64,000 bases of DNA from Octopus vulgaris (Eukaryota), in NCBI GenBank assembly GCA_951406725.2, contig OX597815.1, forward strand, positions 202,492,001-202,556,000, read 5' to 3'. Position 1 is the first letter of the stretch. Each line of letters opens with the position of its first letter. Below the pieces are notes generated by a model. That model was not told where the DNA came from and ran no database searches. It saw only the letters and a list, made by a program, of their open reading frames with translations. Shown piece after piece: positions 40,930 through 55,419 of the stretch. The position numbers and the translations under genes were made by a program.

Positions 40930-42350
40930 AATGCACAGGCGGAGGGAAACTAGACATAAACCCCCAACTCCTCAGCCACCGGTTATCGGCCAGAGAGCCA
41001 AACGCTTGCGGGATAATGATGAACCTCTCCGGTTCATAAATCTAAATAAAAGCTTACCCTCACTAATAGCCACATACACACCCTATGATCATTAATGCAC
41101 AACCCTTCTCTAACTCTATAACACTTATTTCTCTCTTATGTCTTACTTCATATCTATCTACCGTACCTCATCACACTATAAGATAAATACTAATTCTTTA
41201 ATTTATCCTTAATTTATTTAAAACTTTAACCCCCAAAATTCCCTAATATAAACCCCTAACTCTAACTCCTCCTCAAAAACAATTTATTGTTCAACTAGCT
41301 CTTTCTTTCTCGACCACCTACACACACAGCCCCATTTCTAGAAATAACTCTACACTCACTGACCTTAGCCAGGACGGACACAAGCAATTACTACAAAATT
41401 TCCTCCCCAACAACTTTAACTTTGAAACTACAACACATCTACTACTATCTTAAAATCCTTCCATTTCGCTTTATTTTTACCTTATTTTTTTTACCCTATC
41501 TTCCTCTACCTCCTCATCCTCTCTCTTGTGTTAAATATAATAATGTTTCAATTTGTAAATGGACTACTAAGTCCAATAATTGTAAAATGGAAGTAAGAGG
41601 TTGAATACCTCGGTATATTTTTTGTGTAAAAAAAATAACGTTTTAGAGAAGCAAAAAACCGGTGGGCGTTATTTGTTTTCTCCCGTTAATATCATTTTAT
41701 TTCATCATTCATCTCATCAATGTTTCTGTCCAACCCGCAAGCTACTCTGTATCATGCCTTTGTGGCAAAATTTTCTGATACACAATTCTTAGACACCATA
41801 AACATATACACATTACTTTGTCATATAGCCAATCCTTACAATCCCCCCTACCTCACTCTATCCACTCCTCTTTCTATTTCTTTTCTTTTCTCTATTTTTA
41901 CCAATCAACAGCCACCTCTGCTACCATTCTGTTGTTTAACGTTGATATGTTCGCGTCTTTTTTTTATGGGGGTGATATGTACTATATAAGGACTTCAACC
42001 CACATGGATATACGCATGATTGCACCTAAAGACTTACACTCATGGATATACGCAGGATTACACCTAAGGACTTTGGTTTCTATAACTTCGGAAAGTTGAA
42101 CAGTGAACCTCTATGCCTCTATTTTTCTTTTCTCTTTCCATCTCCTTATTCTTTCACTCCCTCTATGTTATTATTTTATTGTTATATACCATTCTCATTT
42201 TTCATATTTTTCCCCAATTTGTCCCTGATGAAGGAATACTCCATACTCGAGGATATCTTAGAAACAGCAGTAAGATTTTGAATTTCTTCCTGTAATAATA
42301 TTGTATATGACTTCAGATGTTTGCACTGCCTTAATGCTTGACATCCTGTT
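40930..42350 (+). mobile_element. Degenerate Penelope-like element remnant ending in an HHR motif (42221-42276)
   Basis: ggaaagttgaacagtgaacc (GKLNSE), a pyrimidine-rich UTR and gtcc-CTGATGA...GAAA-cagca-GTA-agat. A ~40 bp tandem duplication lies at 41988-42073. Similar to 15630-16900 and 55420-55910. Confidence 0.55.
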
Positions 42351-42362
42351 TAACAATTATAT

Positions 42363-42397
<35 letters not shown>

Positions 42398-42955
42398 CAT
42401 ACATACATACATACATACATACATACATACATACATACATACATACATACATACATACATACATGCGTACATACATACATACATACATACATACATACAT
42501 ACATACATACACATATAGATACACGCGTATATGGGTACATATCAAAGACACGAGTTTTCCTCAGGGTGACTCGGACTAATAGATATGCCACCAAAATTCC
42601 GATTCCAACTGCAGCAGAAGTTATGGTTTTGTGATTGTCTTATCCAAAGCGGCTATACCTACCACCTCAGTCGGTAGGTAGAGGTTGATGTAGAAATGAA
42701 AGGCAAACAATTTGGAAAATTTTGACAGATATTTAATGTAATTTACCTATATAATGAAAGGTAGAGATGGTCTCTGACAGCTATTTTTGGTATATCGTAG
42801 CTAGTGGAACAGAGAGAAAAGTTAGATAGTAATCCATAGCGATGGATTGCTAGCTGACTAAGTGTATGTGTGTGAGTGTATATATGTATATGTCTTGAGT
42901 ACCAGTGGCGATTTTTTCCTCTGTCTTCCCTTCTCGTGATCTTTCCTTCTCCTAT

Positions 42956-42990
42956 GTTTCCGATGAAGAGCTCCGCTCGAAACGTTAAAC
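42956..42990 (+). ncRNA. Candidate minimal type-I hammerhead ribozyme within Penelope-like terminal fragment 42900-43088
   Basis: gttt-CCGATGA-a-gagc-tcc-gctc-GAAA-c-GTT-aaac: stem I gttt/aaac, stem II gagc/gctc, palindromic aacgtt at stem III, and a U4C core variant. Confidence 0.65.
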
Positions 42991-43086
42991 CTTCCTTCTT
43001 CCCTTCTTTCCTGAGCGTCCAATAATACTTTATTTGTTCCACGTCCTTGCGTTGTTGTGTTTTTTTGTTTTCTTGTTTGGATTAAC

Positions 43087-43221
<135 letters not shown>

Positions 43222-46200
43222 TAACTTTCATATGTGTGTTATCATCTTATTGAAATGGAAATAACCTAAGCCTTAGATTAGAACCCTGTATATACTCGAC
43301 TGCTGGACTATATCATAAATAATCAGCATCGTTCTCAACAATTATTCTCGGATTTTTTTCGCTTCTACGTTTGCGCATAATATAATACAAGAGCTTCTTC
43401 TACATATACTGCTATGATTCGTGGCACGTTCAGAATACAACTGTGCCTTGAGAATTATGCATACCGCCAGTGAAAAGTTCAGTTGCATTGCCTGTTTCGT
43501 GTACAGATTTTACTAGAAGTGATACTTTTCACGACGAATTGAGATAATCCCTCCTTAATTTACACCTAACCACTTCAGACTGAGAATAACGATTTCATTA
43601 AAGTCTCATAGTGTTTGTATTCTCATCAAGGTGAACTTGCCTGGTTAATTATAAGCACTCATTAACGAAGCAACAAGAGAGTTGATGTAATGACTTTTTT
43701 TTATTTTGATGTCGAAGTAACGCAATCTAAACCAATGCTGTATTCCTGTTTAGAAATGTATTTTACGGTGTTTGATTTGTGTTCGTACAGTCATAGAAAT
43801 GTTTATTACGTTTGGTACTTATTCTATCTGATATGAACATTTTTACTTGGACTTGAAGAATATTTGTGTACTTCAGAAAATTTTCCTAACTCTTATATTT
43901 ATTTGTGTCTTCAGTTGATGTACATGATTATGTATTTACTTTCATCATTTTATTGAAATGTACTACCAAATCGCCAAAGTAATTTAAAAGTGATAGTTAC
44001 TCAGTTTAAGATCGCTACCCCTACTTCGGAAAAACATAGGGTCACACGTCTTTTGCTCTGAACAAACAAATAGAATGAGTTGTAAATTGATAATCTAAAC
44101 GAACGTCGACTTTGCAGGAGCAACCTTGAGATGTTTGCCTTGTCTTAATTGCATCTTAGGTATACTTGACCGCAGTACATCTTAATAACTTAACATTGGC
44201 GGTGAAACAGGTCTAAATTCGAATTTTTGCTGTACTTCAATGCTCTTTCAAGTGCACAGACTGGATTTTATAGTTTTGAGAAGTTATCGTTGTATGTTAC
44301 TAATTTGCAATCATGGTTTTGGTGTAACAAACTTCCTTAAGATATTTTGTTTTAGTATTCTTTTTTTTATATTTACTGCTTGTTATATGCTATACTTTTT
44401 TGTTAATAATCAGAGAATAAATGTGATATGTATGGCAAATCTAGTTCTGATAGTTCTATTGAAGACGTTTAGCGTTTAGAAAATGTTTTACAATACGAAA
44501 CAACGAAATTCAGTAGTGTTTTTGATACACTCTAGAAGCCGATTTAAAACATAATCTCATTCCATTTTCCTTTCATTTCTGTCTTTGTCCGAGTAACTCA
44601 ATATCTGCTAACATAAACCATCTACACCAGCAGCTTACGAAAAATATCTGCAATACATACTGAAAGGAAGTCAATTTTGAAAGGAACGATTATTTTGAAA
44701 TACTCAGACCCAAACAGATGATTAGAGATTGACACGTAATTCAATAATAGAAACAGACGTTAGTTTAATTCACATACGTATTAAACTACAAACCAATAAA
44801 TATAAGTAGCATATTATTATACTTATTTTTTATCATATTACATTCCCAGCTGTCCTATATAATAGTTTATTAGGCTTATATAAGCATTAGTTATTTGCCA
44901 ACCGACTTCCCTCTTTGCGTGTATTTCCTTAGGAAATTAACTTGCCACTTTTCTTTATTGCTTACTGATGTTATTGAATAGTAAAGCATCTGAATTCTTT
45001 TGTTTGTTGCTTTCGCTCAACTCCCAAATGAAAACTGTTCCGAAGAACAGAGATATAGTTAGCTTGGTATTGCAAGCGTGTTTACGTTCTATGAAGGCGT
45101 GACATTTCGAGAAAATTTGTACATAATGTGAAGTTGGCTGGCTGCACCTAAGGGAGATATTATTTAAACTCGAAACGAAATCGAGACTATGACCTACAGT
45201 GTGATAAATGATTGTCGATCATTATCGACCTCATTATCACCCTGATCAATGTGAACATCCACATATTTCCCACTCCATCCCTCTGCGCTCTTTATATATT
45301 TTTCCACAACCTCATCAGTAACAATTCACATTGCCATAATTGCCAGTGACTTTACCATCATTATAATTTTCAGCAGCAGCCAGTAGTAGCTGCAACAGCA
45401 TCATCAACATCGTCATGATCTTCGTGGCAGTCATTATCAGAAGCCGCATTATAGTTAACACTTGATCATTGCTGACTATCACAATGATACTTCATTGATC
45501 AAGCATCATCGTAAATATCTAAATGAAATACATGATACTGCTCACACTGGGAACTATATTAAAGTAATTCAACGCCAATATATCGGGTGTCTTATACATA
45601 TTAATTGCTGCAGTTGATAATCCATAACCCATGCAGATCAATCAATTACAAGTTGGTGGGATTTTCTTGTATGTGATGAACGTTAGCATAATAAAAGTAT
45701 TAGGAGCAAAGGTGGTAATGGAATTTTCTTTAAGTTCTTTTAATTATTTTCCTTTTCTGAGGTTATATCATTCGTTGACAATTGAAAAAAAATTAGCGAG
45801 AACTTTACAACTTAAAATTTACTTCTGCCTCCGTTTCTATTTTCGTGATAAATTACTGCTGCCAAAGTGAGGGACACTAATGTAATTTATAATCTCTCAG
45901 AAATTCCATGCTGATTATCTGCATCAGGCAATAACGCACCAAGGTATTTTGTGCTGGGAACATGTTTTAACGTTTTAACACTCCATCATTTTCACAGATT
46001 TCAAAAAGTCAAATTAAACGCTCCGCAATGGAACGGAAGCGAAGTAGATGCCTCTAGTATTTAATGCCTAACAGGCAAAACGAACATGAATGTATGCACA
46101 TATGCATATATGTGTGCGTGTGTATGTGTGCGCGTGTGTATGTGCGCGCGTGTGTATGTGTATGTTCGTGTGTTTGTGCGTGTGTGTGTTACTGAGAGAT

Positions 46201-47587
46201 TGTGTGTTAGAGAGTGCGTGTGTTTTGTGTGTGTGTGTCTGTGCATCATGTGAATACAAACAACTAGCCTTGCTAAGAATATTGTTTTCGCTGAAAGGAG
46301 AGTCAGGAAGCTCTGTGTTGAATAATATGAAGCTAGCTATCTATTTGATAGCTAGGCACAAATATCTTTCCGTCTCCCAGAATGCGTTTTCACACGCATT
46401 TACGCATATATAGCCGAAAGTAGCAGCGACAGAACAATAAATAATTGAATTTGTAAATATATAAAAATCAGCGTAGAAATCATTATGAATGCAAGAGAAA
46501 ACAAAACAAAAAAAAAGAAAAGAGAAGAGAATTTTAGGTCTACATGATCGACAGTGTTTCAAAAACTGATTCTGGTAGAGGCATATTTGATATAGATAGC
46601 ATTCTTATTTTTACATGTACCAACCCATCCCAAATTTGACCCCAGTTTCACTGATTGGTAAATACTGAAAAGCATTTGAGATGTCGGTGTGTACCTACTT
46701 CCATGCCGACTTGTGTCGAGCAAGATTCTCCTATGAAATTGGGTCGACATTAAAGCCTTTCACGCTTGATTTCAGTGTATCTCTAAATCCTTATAATGGT
46801 GGGATTTTCTTGTATGTGATGAACATTATCGTATCTTTAAATGCGATGAACCAACACTGCACGCTCCTTTGGAAATAGAAATCATACACCTGATTGCATT
46901 AGTATGCTTTTTAATAAATAATTGGAGTTTAAATGAGTATTGTGAACCACAAGTCTACGGCTTATATAATTAAGAAGAGATTAGATCAAGCAAGGAGAGA
47001 AATTAACATGCTAAAGTCAATACCCGTTAGTTTGGCTTGTTTTAATTTTTTACCTTTATCCCCCCCCCCCCACAAAAAAAAACAATATAATCTAAACGTA
47101 TTCCTTTCAAGTTCTCAAGACATCGAAAATCATGTGCCTTGGTTTATAGTCAAGACATAAAAAATTATACTAGATATTTTCCCTGAATCCTCCCTCTTTT
47201 CCAGTATGATTTATATTCTCATCTGCTCCAGTTATATTTTAAAAGTGCATCACTTCAAACAAAGTGAGTGTAATGTTATTCAATTGTATTCATATGAAAT
47301 CCATATATTATTATTTAAGGAGTAGTTAGCAGCATAGATTTCACTCTTCGTGAGATAATGCATCCTGTGTCCCTCCGAAATTAAAACACTGACTAACATA
47401 ATGTAATACATTTTAATTTCATGTAACGACTCATAATTCTTGTGCATGTATGTGTATGAATAAATATGCATACATATACATATAAATCTATGTAGAGTTG
47501 TAGATATAATATGCGTGCATACGACACATACATACAGACTGATACACACGGGACCACACACACGAACAGATAGATGGTTAGATTGTT

Positions 47588-47645
47588 AGATAGATAGATA
47601 GACAGATAGACAGACAGACATACAGACATGCAGATAGATAGATAT

Positions 47646-47698
<53 letters not shown>

Positions 47699-47725
47699 CA
47701 GATAGACAGACAGACAGACAGACAT

Positions 47726-47791
<66 letters not shown>

Positions 47792-47820
47792 CAGATAGAC
47801 AGACAGACAGACAGACATGC

Positions 47821-47903
<83 letters not shown>

Positions 47904-47917
47904 CAGACAGATAGACA
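47588..47917. repeat. (GATA)n/(GACA)n compound microsatellite with ~100 bp higher-order unit
   Basis: The gacagatagacagacagaca...catg block recurs three times. Confidence 0.95.
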
Positions 47918-47929
47918 AAGAGTAGATAT

Positions 47930-48469
47930 GTTTATTTCAAGATTTCAAGATTTCTTGCCAATAAAGAGTCGGTTTCTTACTTAGATCCAAGGCTTCTTCA
48001 TTAGAATTTCAGCATCAACAGGGTATTTTTGCTTGTATGTATGTATGTATGTATGTATGTATGTATGTATGTATGTATGTATGTATGTATGTATGTATGT
48101 TTGTATGTTTGTATGTCTGTATGTATGTATGTATGTACGTATGTGTGTATGTATGTATGTATGTTTGTATGTCTGTATGTATGTATGTATGTACGTATGT
48201 GTGTATGTATGTATGTACGTACGTACGTACGTACGTATGTATGTATGTATGTATGTATGTATGTATGTATGTATGTATGTATGTATGTATGTATGTATGT
48301 ATGTATGTATGTATGTATGTATGTATATATGTATGTATGTATGTATATGTGTCATTATTCAGATTTCTTGACAATAGAGAAAAGAAAACGGTTTCTAACC
48401 CAAATGCAAGTCTCCTTCATTGGAATTCCAACATTAACGACATAGTATATTTGTATGTATGTATTCATG

Positions 48470-48503
<34 letters not shown>

Positions 48504-49495
48504 TGTATGTATGTATGTATGTATGTATGTATGTATGTATGTATGTATGTATGTATGTATGTGCAGATTTGTATATTTTATAATTGTACTCTCATGCGCA
48601 TTGTTGCATATCTAGACATACTCATATATGTTTAAATGATACTTTTGAAAATCTTTAAAGGTTTTTACAGTTCCAGTGATGGACGGACTATGTAGTCTTT
48701 GAATTAGCATTATTCTTTCTGGTTTTGAGAAGCCTAATTTCACAAGATTGGTATTTAGACAGAGTGTTATATATCCCACTTCCCCAATTATTAGAGGTAT
48801 AAACCTGAACTTGTAAACTGGATAGAGTAACTACAGATTTCTCAATAGTTCAGCATTGGTGTTGTCTTTTTCACCGATATTCAGCTTTATGATAACTTCC
48901 GCTGGGCAGCTAATTTCCACAACTGTACACAGTTTCTCTTCTCTATCGCAAATCATTATAAGGTCTGTCATACTTAAATTTTACTGAGGTCTTCACTGGT
49001 ACATTCTACCAGTATTCCTTTATATTATGAGTGGCTATGACTTCTACCATATTGTGGGTTTTTACTTCTTTGTCCTCGGTATTATCCTTCCGACATATTT
49101 TATTATAGAGTGTTCTAGCTACAACATCATGTCTCAACGGTAGATAATACCGTGATGACATTTTCGGACAACTGGTTATGTGAATGATATTTTCAGTGTC
49201 AACTTCACAAAGTCTGCATCGGTTGTCACATTTTACTGCTTTTCCTGCATCTCTATCCCTTTTGTGCATCAGGTACTTGGTTGATATTTCTTGTTTCTAG
49301 ATTACAAACGCACACCCTTCAAAGTGGGAGGTAGTAATCCGGCGACTGGCCCATGATAAAATTGCTCTGATAACCAATGTTATTATCATCACGGAGCTTT
49401 CTACTAACACATCCATGAATCGTTTTCTGTTCATATAGGCTCATCCATTCATCTGATGATATGTTGCGGCAGAATCTTGCGACTCCCCTGGGTTG
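47930..49495 (-). mobile_element. 5'-truncated RLE LINE family E embedded in (TATG)n, with duplicated 3' terminal module
   Basis: CDNRCRLCEV..ENIIHI.SCPKM..RHDVVA, DRP..DREEKLCTVVEISCP and FIPLIIG. (TATG)n arrays lie at 48035-48350, 48452-48560 and 49495-49637. Confidence 0.85.
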
Positions 49496-52400
49496 TATGT
49501 ATGTATGTATGTATGTATGTATGTATGTATGTATGTATGTATGTATGTATGTATGTATGTATGTATGTATGTATGTGTGTACGTACGTACGTACGTACGT
49601 ATGTATGTATGTATGTATGTACGTACGTACGTATGTACATTCATAAAAAAATCACATACATACATACAGAAATTCCAAAAGATTTTGGATATTAGAAAAA
49701 TATATATAAACAGTAATTGTCGACTTACGCAAATATATTTCATTATTTCATTTGAAAATGAGACTATATTCAGGCGATTTTTCCAGTCGTTCCATATTAT
49801 AAGTTCTCATTCTCTTTAGCCAAGCATCTTTCATTCTCAGTGATGAAGAACATATACAAATGTGTATATGTCATTTCAAAAGGAACTGAATTTCGTTGTG
49901 CATTTTATGCTAAAATTTGATTAGAAAAACTAATCATAATACGCTATTCTGTCGTGTTTGATTCTTGCTGCTTTCACTTTGTAGCGCTCTCCCTTGCCCG
50001 ATGAGTTATCTCTTTGATCAGTCGTTACACATGTTGCATCCCATAGCGTATTTCTAATTGCAGTTCACATAACACACCGTGTAATCATCCGTTGTTATAA
50101 CTAATCCCCTATATTACACAACGCGTTTTTTTTCACCATTAGGACAAACTCTTTGAAGCTATTATCCACTGATTTTAATAATAAGCTAATTGTACAAATT
50201 CCTCTTTTTTATGTTATAAAAAAATTATTATAATTAAAACGTATGTCTTCTATTACTTGTTTTAAATAATTAATAGATGAATAAAAAAAATAGAATGGAA
50301 TGTAGAAAAAATATCCTAACATGCTGTAACCAGTAAATGCTATGCATGAATTTTTAAGAGAATATAGATAGGGTCATGGCTTAATAAAAATCCATTTACG
50401 ACATCAAACGACCATAATTTCATGTCAACATTTTATATTTCAAACCCCGTCACCGAAGCTGAAATTGTTGTAAACGTCCTCACACATCCGAACAATTAAA
50501 ATATCGACTGAAATTCAAATTCGATATGTGAATATGCCATTTGAGTAAACGGTGTATGCTACAAAGAATGTTTGCCGTTAGTTGGAGTCTAATATATACT
50601 AGTATGTTACCTACCGCTGAAACCAATATTGGTTAACTTGTTTTATAGAAATTTGAGTTTATTGAGTAAGTCAATATCATATATTGATTCATGATAAACT
50701 AAAGGCAATATGAACTGAAAAATTACCAATTTATAGCGGCTAAAAAATGTTACCACTGCAAATATATAGATTTCACATTTTTCAAGGGGATCCAAGCTGC
50801 AAATCTATAATTACATAAGGCTACATAAGTAAATGTCAGTTGCTGAAGCTGTTGGTTCTTTGAAAGATACATAATCATCATACAATATAATATGTACCAA
50901 TATGTTTAACTGGAATGGTGAATTTTGATAATCGGGGGGGGGGGGGGGTTGGAGAGGGAAGTGACAGGATTACAATAGCGAGAGCTAAGGTCGAGTTCAG
51001 AGAGAAAATGAATGGATAAAAAAGGAAAAATGAAACATAAAAAATTATGATATAGAGATACGTAAAAGGAGAGTTAATCATAAGTGAAATACGCGTGAAT
51101 GAATGAGTGACACTAAGAGACCAATAAACAGTGTGATCCTTGTGTTTAAGAGACGAAAATTAAAATAAAAGTAAATAATCATCAAACGATATATGCCGTA
51201 ACATCTTTTCTTTGTAGATTAAAATACCAAGTGTTGAAAGCTGAACCTTAAAGAGAAAACGTTTAGAAATAAGTAAATGATATATAAAAAACATATTTAT
51301 ATTGTAAAATAAATTCTTGTTATAGAGAAAACTAAATTATTACAAAGAAGCGGGGAACTCACATAATGATAACATATACAGTTTAGAGATTAAGTGAAAT
51401 GGCGAAGGTTACTAAGAAATTACAAATGGAGTGAAAAGAAGAATGCAATAAAATGGAAGTGGCCTAACAGCCACTGCAATGTGCAGGGAGAAGAAAGATA
51501 GAAGGGGTGACAGTGATAAAAGGAAAGAATGTAGGTCAGCAAATTCTCAGAGTTTGAGTTTAAAAAGGAAGAAAAAAACCATAGAAAATTTAGGCATGGT
51601 GGAAAGAGTGGAAGCTAATATGTATCATTTGATTATCTCAGATTATTGAAGCTTGTGAGAGATGATAGAATTATATATCGCTGCTGGTTATAATTTAAAT
51701 TCTATATTACAACTCCTCTGAGGAAATATTATTTCATTACTTTACATTTTTTAAGTTATTGGTTCATTGTTTAAATATATTCCAATATTGATTTATTATA
51801 TATTGCAATTTTTTTTTTATTTCGGGGTGATGTCTTTTAAATTTTCCAAACTATATAATCAACTTCTGTGTGTTGCATTCGTGTGTGAGAAAGTGATAAA
51901 TGGAGAGATAGAAACAGATAGAGACAAATCGATGAAGCTTTTCTTCCAAAAGGCTACACATTTTTATTTATAATATTCAAAATCAGAGAAACATTATAAT
52001 AATTATTTCCTTTTTTTTTTTTCCCAGAATATAAATTCATATTCATTAAAAAGAAAACATCAATTCACGAACAACATTTGTTTTCCCTTCCTCCAGGAGG
52101 CATTTTTGTATACTTGTATTTTATTTAAAGTATATCTCACAAAGATTACTGAATACAGTAAATACTGTAAAACCACTATGGGGAATTATTTTGCAAGATA
52201 AATAGTTATCGTAAATTTGCAGTCGCCTTCTATCATATTATTAATGATTGTTTACGAAGATTTCTTGTTTTAGAATCCCCATACTAATTTATTATATAGC
52301 ATTCCCACTTTCTTATAAATCAGCTTGGTATCTTAAGTATCGTTAAACGTCATATTGTCTCCATAGAACATAACAGACGACCTATTTCAATTGTATAGTT

Positions 52401-53479
52401 CCTTGTATATGTAAAAAAACACTTTTAGCTATGATAAATGCAATGAACGAAAATGTATCTTTACTATTTTCAATAACCCTAACACTATTAATATTTTGAA
52501 GTCTCAAAATATTCCGTATTGTACCTGCTTTTTTTTCTTTTTGGTTTTTGTTTTGCATTTAATATGACAATTTTTTTTCCTTTTTATGAAGTGCAATGGC
52601 TTCACAAGTTTTCCTTTTCATTTCGTATCTCTTTCATTGTCAAAAAAATAAAAACATTATTATTCTATACATCTATACCTCATTCTGTTTCTTCGGTTTA
52701 TTGTGTAGAGAAAATGATATTGGCTTCTATGTGTTGCATTGTTTGAAACGAATAAAACTAGTGACCCGTGTGAAGGAAAAAAAACGCGCCAAAAATTAGA
52801 AAACAAAATCTATAATTTGTCGGGGGTTTTCCCCTCGTCATTTATGCAATTTTCACTCAAGAGATGCATCAATAACAAAATATATTTTGTATAAATAGTT
52901 TCTATTATATTAAGAAAATAATAGCATATATGAATGCTTCTGTGAATATGATCTTCATGCATTTTATGCATGTACTTTTAAACAGAATCAATTAATTTCT
53001 CTTGCATTTTTATTTTGCATTTCTAGAGCATTATATTAGATTTAGCGTGAAAGTGAGTTACGATTTTATTAAGCTTTCACTGAAACCAAATATATATTGA
53101 AGGTTAACCTAGTTAATTTTCCTTTCTTCTGTTAAAAAGTATGGTGCGTGACGATTTCAATTTGGATTGTTTTTATTGTTACTTAGATCCAGTTGATCTA
53201 TTATCGAGTAGGACCATGATACAATTCATTCAAATATGACTGTACCATCATTTATTAATGCATAATGTATTTGAGACGCAGGATGCAGATTGAAACGCAG
53301 ATTATCCGATAGCAGTATAATCTTATGATGCAAAATTCATGATGTGGTGTTTATATATGTCCAGTCGGCTATGTCGATTAAATTAAAGTTATTTAGAATC
53401 GTATATATTGAAGGTATAGTTAGCTTTTCTATACCAGTGAGAATACAACTCTGTCTCCACAAGAGAATATAGATACTAC

Positions 53480-54450
53480 ACCGATTTGTAGTATTCATCA
53501 ATACAAATTATGAACTAGTCACCAACCGATGTTCATCCTGTTAAGAAACTTGAAATCAGTGAAGCCGACTATCAAGATATATCACCACCTTAAGACTACA
53601 AACTCATCCATGCTGACATTCCAACCCAGCACAAGCAAGAGTTAATTCGGCAAAACCATATCTGAGTCGCCAATATAATGTTTCTCCTCCGCTAACACGC
53701 GGCAACACCACTTACTGCAACTAACCGATGTCACTAAATAAGGAATATTGCAGCTGCCTGACAAAGCGTCATTTCTCTATAAACACCATGACAGACCACA
53801 TGGGCCTTAGAACAAAGATAAGAAGTGACATCGTTTCCAAGCCAACATCACATGGTCTGGGTTATCCAACAGAGGACTAACATCTGGAAACATTCTTGAA
53901 TTTGTCTCATTTGCTGTTACTTTATATCCAGATATTTGACGAACTAGATTTGTACCTGGTTCCTTCAGTTTTCTTGATTATATAATAGACTTACCGTCAA
54001 GAGAACTCCCCTGTCATGTAAAACGCCCAGCACCATCCCATAATAAGGGAATAATTTTTAGCATGCAATAGTGTAAGGAAAACATCTTATCTCCCTTCCA
54101 ACAAAGGCTTATCTATCTAGAATCTTAAGATAACGCGATGGTAGTTACACACATATCACAGGAAAATGGAAAATAACTTACAATATCCGTTGAGAACAAC
54201 TCCTTAATATCAAGAGTATTGCCTAAATAATAAGTATTGTATTAAGCCCAACTCATACATACAGAAAATTTCAATACCACTCTTCGAAATACAATTATGT
54301 AAAATCTTTCAATCCATTGCACAATCCACTTTACGGTAATTGTCTATATAACATTGATAATAACATCAGATACTAGTGAGAGCTCATACTCATATTTCAT
54401 GAAAGATGGGCGCAATACAACTCCTTGAGTAATTGCTATAGAATCAACTA
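53480..54450 (+). mobile_element. Possible ancient retroelement (Gypsy-like RT) remnant
   Basis: A microsatellite-free, C-richer tract with weak motif echoes (VIVY..IDN; LILIFHERWAQY). Many stops. Confidence 0.25.
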
Positions 54451-54481
54451 CTCGTCTCTTATCCTATACACATGGAAACGA

Positions 54482-54878
54482 AGGCGGCGAGCTGGAGGAA
54501 TCGTTAGCACGCCGGGCGAAATGCTTACCGGTATTTCAGCAGACGTTTCGTTCTGAGTTCAAATTCCGCCGAGGTCGACTTTGCCTTTCATCATTTCGGG
54601 GTCGATTAAATAAGTACCAGTTACGCACTGGGGTCGATATAATCGATTTAATCCGTTCGTCTGTCCTTGTTTGTCCTCTCTGTGTTTAACCCCTTGTGGG
54701 TAGTAAAGAAATAGGTATTTTGTCTGTCATTACGTTCTGAGTTCAAGTTCCGCAGAGATCGACTTTACTTCTCATCCTTTCGGGGTCCATAAATTAAGTA
54801 GCAGTTGCCTACTGGGATCGATCTAATCGACTGGCCTCTCCCCCAAAATTTCGGACCATGTGCCTACAATAGAAAAGA
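54482..54878 (+). mobile_element. Dimeric SINE family 1 element with TSD
   Basis: A full monomer at 54482-54713 is followed by a second B-box/central domain and a different tail. Flanked by atacacatggaaacgaa / atacatgtggaaacgaa. Confidence 0.9.
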
Positions 54879-55109
54879 ATACATGTGGAAACGAAAGAAT
54901 AGATTTACGGATAACTTTAGTGCTTAAAGGAGGCTGTATCCTAATATTTAAAAGTTTCAAACCGATGCAAACTTTAATTAATATCAAAGAATATCAACAG
55001 ATAGTAAATTGTTAAAGCATTTTATCTATGTACCAAGCAACTGTACTACCTCACTGCGATCTTTTAAGATACTTCTTTTGTTACACACACACATACGCAT
55101 ACACACATA

Positions 55110-55160
<51 letters not shown>

Positions 55161-55221
55161 ATTATTATTATTATTATTATCATCATCATCATCATCATTA
55201 TTAATATTATTATCATTATCG

Positions 55222-55267
<46 letters not shown>

Positions 55268-55346
55268 CATCATCATCATCATAATCATTATTATTATTAT
55301 TATCATTATTATTATTATTATCATTATTATTATTATCATTATTATC

Positions 55347-55388
<42 letters not shown>

Positions 55389-55419
55389 GTTTAGTATGAT
55401 TATTTATCTTTTTCTCTCA

